A stretch of DNA of 59,761 nt, counting the filler, from Basidioascus undulatus (taxonomy: Eukaryota), in the NCBI GenBank assembly GCA_000826855.1. It is 4 parts of 4 records of this genome, joined end to end, with 100 filler letters (N's around TTAATTAATTAA, not from the genome) between each part and the next. Parts side by side here need not be neighbours in the genome. Positions count along the whole stretch, not along the records: positions 44,911 to 59,761 come from JTLS01000688.1; 3 more parts are not named here. One strand, given 5' to 3'. Positions 51,180 to 59,761 of this stretch are shown piece after piece. The notes beneath the pieces were generated by a model. That model searched no databases, was not told the DNA's origin, and saw nothing but the letters and a program-made list of their open reading frames with translations. The translations under genes were made by a program, and so were the position numbers. How positions within the stretch are numbered: position 1 is the stretch's first letter; every line of letters starts with the position of its first letter.

Positions 51180-52950
51180 TCACTTCTCTCCCACCAAAAC
51201 CTTCTTGACATATTCCGATGTCGGGCGAAGCGGGAGGCCTGCCTTGCTGTACACTGCGTCGATAGCCTTCATCTGCTCGATCGAAGACTGAGGAGTGCAC
51301 CAGTAGTGCGCTGAAATACCAAAATATGTGGTGAAAAGAAGCGCTGAATCAGCCAGCATCTGCTGCGTCATGTAAGACGAGCACTTACGGGTGCGTCCTC
51401 GGACCTTGTCCACAAACGCCTCGAGCTGGTACCGGTAGGTGGAGAACCAGAACGGATCTGCACGTTTCATATGCCAAATACCATAAACGCAGCCCAAGGG
51501 CGACACGAGAACCGAACAACTCACATTTGCCTTCGGGGTCGGTGTAGTGCTTCTGGTACTCGGTCTTCCCTGTCGCCTTGTCCTTGATCGAGATGTAGTG
51601 CTAGATCGAAGGAACTTCAGCGCATATTTATATTTAGTTAATTAGACCAATAGTCATTACTCACGTAAACATGAGGCATCACTGCGGCACAGAAACGAGG
51701 TCAGCATTCGCTCTCAGGCTCGTGCGAACTGCAAGATAGACGCACTGTAGTTGTAGTAATAAATCACCGCCTTCTCCATCTCAACCTCGGAACAAGGCAC
51801 TTCCCACTTCCGTTTGAAGCCGAGGAACGATGCGCGGTCATGGTCCGCCTTGATCTCGGCCTTCACGCCGCCCGGGAACTCAAGGGACGCCTGCATTCGG
51901 CTATCCACAGCCCGATGAGGGTCGTGCTGCCAGAGCGTGGCCTGCGCTGAAGACACCGATGTGGGGCTTGTTCCGAGGGTGTTTCGAAGGATGTTGATCT
52001 GCATGAAGCGGGAGGCTCGCCGTCAGCAGAGCCATGACAGGTGTGGACAGGATAGTGGCTGGCGCTTCCGGGGCACACGCACAACATAGGTGGAATCTGG
52101 ATCCCGATACAGTCTGTCAGATTTTAGGATGTTTTGTAACCAAACTTCTGAACGAACCCATCAGGCACCCGCCGCCGAGGGGGAACTTCCACCGAATGTT
52201 GTCCTTCGGCACAGCTACAGGGACAGAGGTCAGCCCAGTTCAAGCGATAGTTCGAAAGCGGGGACGAATTCTTGACGTACCTCCTCCTGGAACGGACATG
52301 TCTGCGTAAGCCCGTATAGGCTTGCCGTACTTGCCAGACTGGACGAGTTTGGTGAAAGCCAGGGCAGCCTGCACGGACAAAGTCAGAAAACGGCTCGCCA
52401 GCTCCGACTGGCACTCACAGAACTTACAGGATGAAAGCTGGTATGGAACGCCTCGAGTACAATGACGCCTTTCTCCTGAGCTCGAGCGAACACCAGCTCT
52501 GCCTCTTCCGCGTTGTTGCAGGAGGGCTTCTCGAGCAGGACGTGCTTGCCCGTCTCGATGCACTTGAGCGTCCACTCAGCGTGTGCGCCGTTCGGGAGAG
52601 GGTTGTAGATTACACTGGGCAAGTGCATTAGCTGCCATTCAAACTAGATAACAACGATTACGGGGCACTTACTCGACATTTGGATCCGCTACGAGGGACT
52701 CGTATGAGTCGTGCACGACAGGAATGCTGTACTGCTTGGCATAGGCCTCGGCTTTGGACTTGTCACGGGCGGCAACCGCGGTCACAGTGATGTCGGGGTG
52801 GGTGAGGATAGTAGAGAATATGGAGACAGGGCAAATGTTGGCCGCGGAGAGGATGCCCATGCGGAGGGCGTTGGGGTTCTTCTTGGCGGCGTGCGCATCG
52901 CAGTACCACCACTGGTGGTAACCGGTCAAGATGTCCAGGAGGGTGGCCAT
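51180..52950 (-). CDS. Gfo/Idh/MocA oxidoreductase (dihydrodiol/D-xylose dehydrogenase-like)
   Basis: GILSAANI, AVAARD, IYNPLPNGAHAEW, GKHVLLEKP, TYRYQLEAFVDKVRGR, QMKAIDAVY.KAGLPLRP. Confidence 0.92.
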
Positions 52951-53488
52951 GAGTGGTAGTAGGACTGGAAGTGGTGAGCGAAGATGAAAGAGTGGTCGAG
53001 TAGGAATGGCAATCGAGTGCAGAGGCCTTCTTGTTGGCGCGCCGTCCGCCTCGCCTTCTACCAGTTACACGTGAAGATCACATTGAGCTGCCACCTTTCC
53101 GTGAAGTCGGCAGATGTGTGATCTTTCCGCCCTCCATGTTTACGTTAATCCCCGGGATAGAGCGGAGAGAAGAGCGTCTTCAGCGGTCTCGAGGCGAAGG
53201 AGCTGTCGTCGTCCGGTCCCGGCCCGCTGCTCCGCCCCGACACGTCGGACAACAAAGTGCCTCCGTTCTTGGGACTCAATCCTCCGGTTCGGATGCCTTT
53301 GGATGCCGCAGAGCGGCTACTTCTCGCTCGAACGTGACAAGTCGGCGGCGGCGGGTCTATGGAAGCAGGGCTCGGCGGCAGCAGCACTTATATGCGACCG
53401 GGATACGTCCGTTTGGCAAGAAAATCTCCACTCTCAGCGTTATTGCGTTCACTTTCCACTTCTGCGTTGAACACATCTCTTAAACAAT

Positions 53489-55031
53489 ATGAAGATATCC
53501 GGAAACACCTTCGTGATCACGGGCGGTGCGGGCGGCATTGGCGGCGCCGTGGCCAGGGTGGGCTTCACTTGCGTTGAGCCTTTTCATAAGCATGCAAACT
53601 GATGTCTAAAACCACACTTTCAGGATCTTGTATCCCGTGGGGCGAATGTAGCTCTTTTCGACGTGGTCCCTGAAGAGAAGGGAAGGGAGGTGGCGGCTTC
53701 GATTAATGAGAAGCACGCCCTCTACATCCGAGTGAGTTCGTCCAAACTTCTGTATCTGTCTCTTCTGTTGACCAAATCATAACTCTCGAACCTTCAGGTC
53801 GATATTACCAGCTCGGAGAACACACAGCAAGCAGTTCAGAAGACCGTCGACACGTTTGGGAACCTGGTCGGCTTGGTTCACTGCGCAGGCATCGCTATTA
53901 AGGTACGCCTCTTTCGCTCTTTAACTCAGCAGGTCAGCGTGAACGGAAGATTCTGATGCGAACTTCTGCTTTCTGGCAGCGGGAGTGGAGCAACAAGATC
54001 TCCGACTCCATCGATAACTTCTCCAAGATGCTCGATGTCAACGTGCATGCGATTCACAGTTTTGGTGCCTGTTTTCTAAGCAGGCTGACACCCAGTTTAT
54101 AAAAATTAACGCAGACTCGAGGAACCTTCATCGTCGGCGCGCATGTTGCGGACGCGATCAACGCCCAGTACGAGTCAAAGAAGACCGTCTCGAATGGCGT
54201 CAACGGCTCCTCTGCGCCCAACTCTGTCCCGCAGACGCCCACTGCCGAGCAGGCGCGCCTACTTCAGTCATCGGGGGACAATGGGTACGCCGATCCGCAC
54301 GCGCTCGACAACGAAGGCAGCCGGTTCTTCACCACCGACGAGGAGCGCGGCATCATCATCAACTTCGCAAGCGTCGCTGGTCATGACCTCTACGCTCGTA
54401 CTCTGAGCTATGGGCCGACGAAGGCAGCGGTCCTGGCTCTCACAAAGTGTAAGCGATTCTTGAGCACAGCTCAACGTACACGAGTTAGGTAACTGACTAG
54501 AGGACTTGTACAGCGTTCTCTGACTTCCTGGGTCCGAGCGGTATCCGCGTCAACAGCATTTCGCCCTCTATCGTGAAGGTGTGTGGCGCTTGAGTAAGCG
54601 TTCGCTGCCACTTCAGCTGATTCGGCATTAGTACTCCAGTCTGGAATGACCAACGCCTTCAGCACCTACTTTCAAGAACAGCTCACCATGACTGCCACTT
54701 TTCCCCGCCGCCCTGCAGAGCCTGTGCGTGCATTTCGATCCTCCTTACTTGATCGCCCAAGTTTCCTACGGGATTTACATTGCGGAGACTGAGACCTGTT
54801 TCTATTGCTCTTCCAGTCCGACATCATTTCCACCATCGTCTACCTGATCGAGTCCCAGTTCGTCAACGGCCAAGACATTCGCGTCGATGGAGGTTGGCGC
54901 CTCGTTACCATTAAGCCGTCCAACGGGCAAGTATCCCTTTTGAAACTCCCACCTTCGAGAATTGCAGCTGAGCAGCCAAACGCAGCGCTGCTGGAGCGGA
55001 CCCTCGCGAGATGGCGCCCGGTCTTGAGTAG
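53489..55031 (+). CDS. Short-chain dehydrogenase/reductase, HSD17B10-like
   Basis: ITGGAGGIG, VHCAGI, ERGIIINFAS, YGPTK, GIRVNSISP, NGQDIRVDGGWRL; predicted end DPREMAPGLE* (TAG 55029-55031). Confidence 0.9.
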
Positions 55032-57378
55032 GCGGCACGCAGTTCCTACGACGATGGGACATTGTCTTGGGCTTCATGGGTTGTACTCGATGAAAGGAGC
55101 ACGACTGTTCAGCATAGGTCTTGAAGAGTCTGACCAGTATTCTTCTGCGTTGCAACACTGTCGCGGGGGCTCGGTCTTATCGGTACCATACCTCAGATCG
55201 CAAGCTTTGGGGTTTCAGGCGACTTCCAGTGGTATTTGTGCCAACAGCTTTGACACACAATATACTTAATAAATCGGCAGGAGAATTATCGGGGGTGAAA
55301 ACTCGCATGCCTCAGATCTGAGGATCCCGGTCCCCCACTCCTGCAACTTCCCGATGTGGTCTCCTGGCATGCGTTGGATCGAAGGATTGAATTCAGAGGG
55401 TTCGCAAGTGGACAAAAACACGCGTATTTTCACAGTGCATTTTAATGCGGCAGGGCGTGTATGTAACTCAGACATTTACTCCGTGACGCTCCGCACCCAT
55501 CAACTGTCCTTGCACATCGCCGTCGCTTCCGCTTGTTGCTATTGATGGGCAGGACGGGCTCGTCAGGTCGGCGAAGAGATTGTTCGCAAGGTGATGGTCG
55601 AAGCAGGATTGTGACTCGGTTGGAAAGGGAGGGGAATCGTACGCGGGAAACAAGGTGTTGACGAGAATGTCGTCCGGAGGCGAGGCGGAGAAATTTGAAG
55701 TGGGAATATCAATGGGGGGTGCGCAGATGAGCTTGGGCGGAGTGGGTGCTACATATGTCATTTCCCCTGTGAGCAGGGCTACACCCACAGGAGATACATG
55801 TTGGAAAAGGCTCACGGTCTCGATCTTGACGAACTTGTCGCGAGCGCTCGCTTCCAGCTGCGACTTTATGGGATGATCTGCAGCGCATGCACTTGGAACT
55901 GGAGGATTCGCCGTACCTCTGCACGAACGATGAGTTGGGGGGTTTGAGATGGGTTGAGAGCGCGGAGGAGAGCGGTGCAGGGCATGGACGACGAGGATAG
56001 GCGAAGGAGTACGTTGCGGAAGTGTTGTCTGGTTGGGTGGGATTCACCGAGCATCTTAGAGTGGAGCGGGTAGCAGAAGATTGGAAGTGTTGAGATGTGT
56101 AATTTGGGAAACAGGTAGATCTTCCAGAACAAGGAGTAGTGAAGGTCGAGAAGAAAGGTCAGACGTTAAGTACGGCCAGCCGGTTGCTTTCGATGCTTAC
56201 ACCGATCTGTGTGTCCTGACGCAAGGTGATGCAGGGAGGGCCGTACCCAGTGTATTTGACAAGACATTTATAGTCCTGTCTTTTGGTCGTCTAGATAAGC
56301 AAATGGAATTGGGAAGACGGGACACTTGTCATGTCGATCAGCAGGGAGCGCGCTGTGCCGATCGCTCACGCTTGTCACTGTGCCTGCAGCTGTCCGCTGG
56401 CGTCGTTGATCCTTCTGTTCCTTTGCTCCTTACATGTATGTGCCGAGCGAGAATACACGTCTCGATGGTTCCTGAAAGGCCTGTTAGTTTCGTTCTCATG
56501 GTCACTACATTTCAATCGCGATGTGGACTGCTACGGCAGTGCTATGGGAGGCTCAATGAACATCGCAGCCTGTTTGGGAGCATTTATTAAGAGGATCATA
56601 GTGGCTCTGCCTAGGCAAAGATGTGCAAATCTTGTCTAGATATTCCAGGCAGAGTGAGTACTGCGGCAGGCTTCTGTTTCCGCTTGAAGTCTTGCCTCCT
56701 GTTGCAGGAGCGAGCTTCTGCCGCTGAGTACCGTTTGCCATAGATGGGGCCCATTCAATAAGAACAATCAGAGAACCTCTATCGGTACTGAAGAGCTGAT
56801 ATGGAAGAGAAACTGCTGGGACTGCACCGCAGCGTGCGCCAGTGGCCAGCTTTGACTGCTTCTTCACGGTCTTCGCCGCAAGTTCCAGAGCTCCTCAAGC
56901 AGAATTTGTAAAGCACGACCAATTATAATGCCGCATTATCCGTGAAGGTGGCTTTGAGAGAGTTCGCAGGCCCAAGCTGCTGTGCTGACATCGCACAATT
57001 GCGAGAAGGCAAGCGGACTCCGCGGAAGCCGTCCAGGTACGCACCCTCCCTCGGCCGCCAACTTACCCGGCAAAGCGATCCGTACGATAACCTGATAAAC
57101 AACAAGCCGTCGATAGTTTGAGCGCATCACTGTTTCCTTCACCCAACCTTCACCTTTGTGAGCTGGCAACGTGCACTGTTGCACGCGAGGAGGCAGCGCT
57201 AGCTGGGGCACGTGCGGACTACTGCGCTTACGAACGGTAATGGTGGATGTGCCTAATCGATGCATCCTAAGCAATACGGGACCTCAAAATGTACTGGATC
57301 TTCAGAGAAAGCTGCTCTTGTTCTTGAACTCCTACGATCATCCTCCTTGTCCCCCTGAGAAGCGCGAACTTATCAGTC

Positions 57379-59008
57379 ATGCGCGGCTTCGCCCTCTCCC
57401 TTGCTGCCCTCGGCGCTGCCGCTGCGGCCAGCGCTAAGAAGATCTCTATCGAGGAGGGGAACCCGTATGGGGGAGATGATGCACCGCAGTTGAGGTTCCC
57501 GGGGGACTTTACTAGGTATATCCTTGTTCTGGTAACAGGCGGTTCGTGCAAGCTGATCCCTGGCTGGTTGGACAGGGACATCGTGCCTGTAAGTTTCTGA
57601 TTCTACCTTGATTTGCTCCCTTACGAGGGTGCAACTGAAGTGAAGTATTAATAATAGAAATGGGGTCACTCCCACAACGACTACTGGCGAGACGTCCCTC
57701 TCTACACAGCCATCTCAAATGGTACTTCTCCCCTCTCCCCTCCCTCCCCTCTCTCCGCGTCTCGCTTCTTACCCAGACTCTCCCATAGGCGTGCTCAGCG
57801 TCGAAGCGGACGTGTGGCTCCTAGACGGAACGCTCTACGTCGGGCACTCGGCCTCCGCGCTCACCGACGACCGGACGTTCTCGGGGCTTTACGTCGAGCA
57901 GCTCGTCAAGATACTGGACGAGGCGAACCCGAAGAATCGGTTCACTGAGGGGTTGGGGAACGGAAAATGGGTAGGTGGATTCGTTTCTGTGGATTGTAGC
58001 AAGACTGAGGCTCTGATTCTGATGCCGCATGACAGAACGGCGTGTACGACGCGTCCTCGGGGACGAGCCTGCAGCTGCTCGTCGACATCGTGCGTCCGAC
58101 CGATCATATTCTTTCACACACTGAAAGGGTCATGATACTGAACGAAGCAAATTTCAGAAAACTGACGGCCCCGAGACCTGGCCGTTCGTCGTGAAAGCGC
58201 TCGAGCCGCTCCGCTCCAATGGGTACCTCAGTGCGTCTTCTACCTTCTCTTCCTCACCCACTCACCCCACTCCTTCCCTCCTTCATTATTAACCCCATGC
58301 TCCCCCCCACACACCCACCCGAAGCCGCCTGGAACGGCACGCACACCGTCCCCGGGCCCGTCACGGTCATCGGCACGGGTAACACGCCGATCGAGCAGGT
58401 GCGTTTGCCCTCCCCGCTGTCACAGACCTGCAGCGTAGACCAACTGAATGACTGGCTGTTGCATTTGGGTTCAAAGGTCGCTCCCCTCCAAAACCGAGAC
58501 TACTTCTATGACGTCCCCACGCACATCCTGAATGACACAATCACGATCGACGGGCAGCAGTACAGCTACAACAGCTCCATCTCGCCGCTCACGTTCGTCC
58601 TCCTCCTTCTCCTTCCCCACCTTCCCAGAAAGTGATATTGACGGGGAAGAGGGAGGGGGATGTAGTTCGGACAGCTTCAGCGAGCTTATCGGCTGGGACG
58701 GCTTGTCGCCCGCAAACGAGACCGTCCTCGCGTCGCTGGAGGAGTACAGCGCTGCCGCGCACGCGCGGGGGATCAAGATGCGGTGGTGGTGCGTTGATCC
58801 GCCTCCCTGCCCCCCCTTCTTCCTTAATCCTTCTTCGTTGTCGGTCCATGGTCAAGTGGGCTGAAGGGTGGTTGGTGCGGTGGGGGAATGTGGCAGGGAC
58901 ACGCCCGGCTGGCCCGTCTACGCGCGCGAGGCGGTGTGGAAGGCGCTCATCCAGGCCAAGGTGGACTGGATCAACGCGGATGATTTGGGGGCGCTGGCGG
59001 AGTTCTGA
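57379..59008 (+). CDS. AIM6: Secreted PLC-like phosphodiesterase, Aim6 family
   Basis: Signal peptide MRGFALSLAALGAAAAASA; HSHNDYWRDVPL, SVEADVWL, LYVGH, LLVDIKTDG, VTVIGTGNTP, RWWDTPGWP, WINADDL. Confidence 0.88.
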
Positions 59009-59761
59009 GTGCGGGTCTGCGCGGGGGCCGGAGGAGCAGCCCGGAGGAGCAGCTCATAGAGGAGAAATAAATACTTCGGATTTGCGTGACGAGAAAGGCA
59101 GTGTGGTTTGGGGCGATTGGGGAGGGCGTGGGTACGACTGGCGAGGTCGTATCGGAAACCAGCCCTTTTACCGTCTCTCGGCTGAGTATTTTCCAACGCA
59201 GCTTGAATAGAGAGAGGTCCCGAGGCGAGCGAGAGCGAGGCCAGCCCGAGAGGTGGAGGTCCAAAACGGCGAAGCTGTGAAGCATCGAAGGGACGTGAGA
59301 ATGTTAGGTATCGAGAGACGCTCTGCGAGCTGAGAAGCACGGGGACTGCAAGATTCAGATGGAGGGTGTACCATGGCTCGCGAGTACATCTAGCGGAGGA
59401 ATACGCGAGCGGACATCCGGTCTGCCTTGATCGAAAGAAGCGAAGACGTTTGAATTGGGTGAGAAGCGGATGCCGAGTGGCTAGCTGGTAGCTTTGGAGT
59501 CGAGATGAAGATGGAGGGAATGGTGCTCGATGGTGCTTGCGAACGAACGCGATGTGAAGAGACAGGCCGATGGCAGGCAGACGAGCCCAAGGCGAGGTAT
59601 GGGATGGGCGATCGAGCTGTGAGGAAGGCGCACGAGTATATGGTAGGTGTGAAAAGCCGGAAAAGACCCAGCTTGAGACTGGGTCGGTCTAATAGCATGG
59701 GCGTCCGAGCATCCGCACACTTCCCCTTCCCCAAATCCACTCGCCCCTCCTCTCCGCAGCA

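Noticed and set aside
1..59761. CRISPR arrays, tRNA/rRNA genes, prokaryotic operons
   Set aside because: None seen; the DNA is eukaryotic with spliceosomal introns
59168..59761. Possible minus-strand gene start near 59417
   Set aside because: The ATG is followed by a stop after 8 codons and runs into the AIM6 3' region; no recognisable product

Overview
Intron-rich fungal (basidiomycete-like) genomic DNA. The window is four separate contigs (1-14877, 14978-29852, 29953-44810, 44911-59761). They are joined by identical 100-nt artificial spacers (44 N + TTAATTAATTAA + 44 N) and ordered by decreasing length, so no linkage can be inferred across the joins. Recognisable multi-exon genes: a membrane-anchored GH35 beta-galactosidase, a BTB protein, CDC73, a myotubularin, an NCS1 permease, histone H1, a mitochondrial carrier, a bL9m C-terminus, a Zn2Cys6 transcription factor, a RING/coiled-coil E3 ligase, a Gfo/Idh/MocA oxidoreductase, an HSD17B10-like SDR and an AIM6-like phosphodiesterase. 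Several metabolic genes are decayed (2-hydroxyacid dehydrogenase, aldehyde reductase, guanine deaminase, threonine aldolase/alanine racemase), and F-box-like relics are scattered through the gene-poor stretches. The most intriguing unexplained feature is a ~400-bp non-coding repeat present twice in inverted orientation in contig 1. Its conserved core can fold, and some differences between the copies preserve pairing as G-U wobbles on one strand only. Family assignments come from recalled motifs, exon boundaries were read by eye, and no searches were run.
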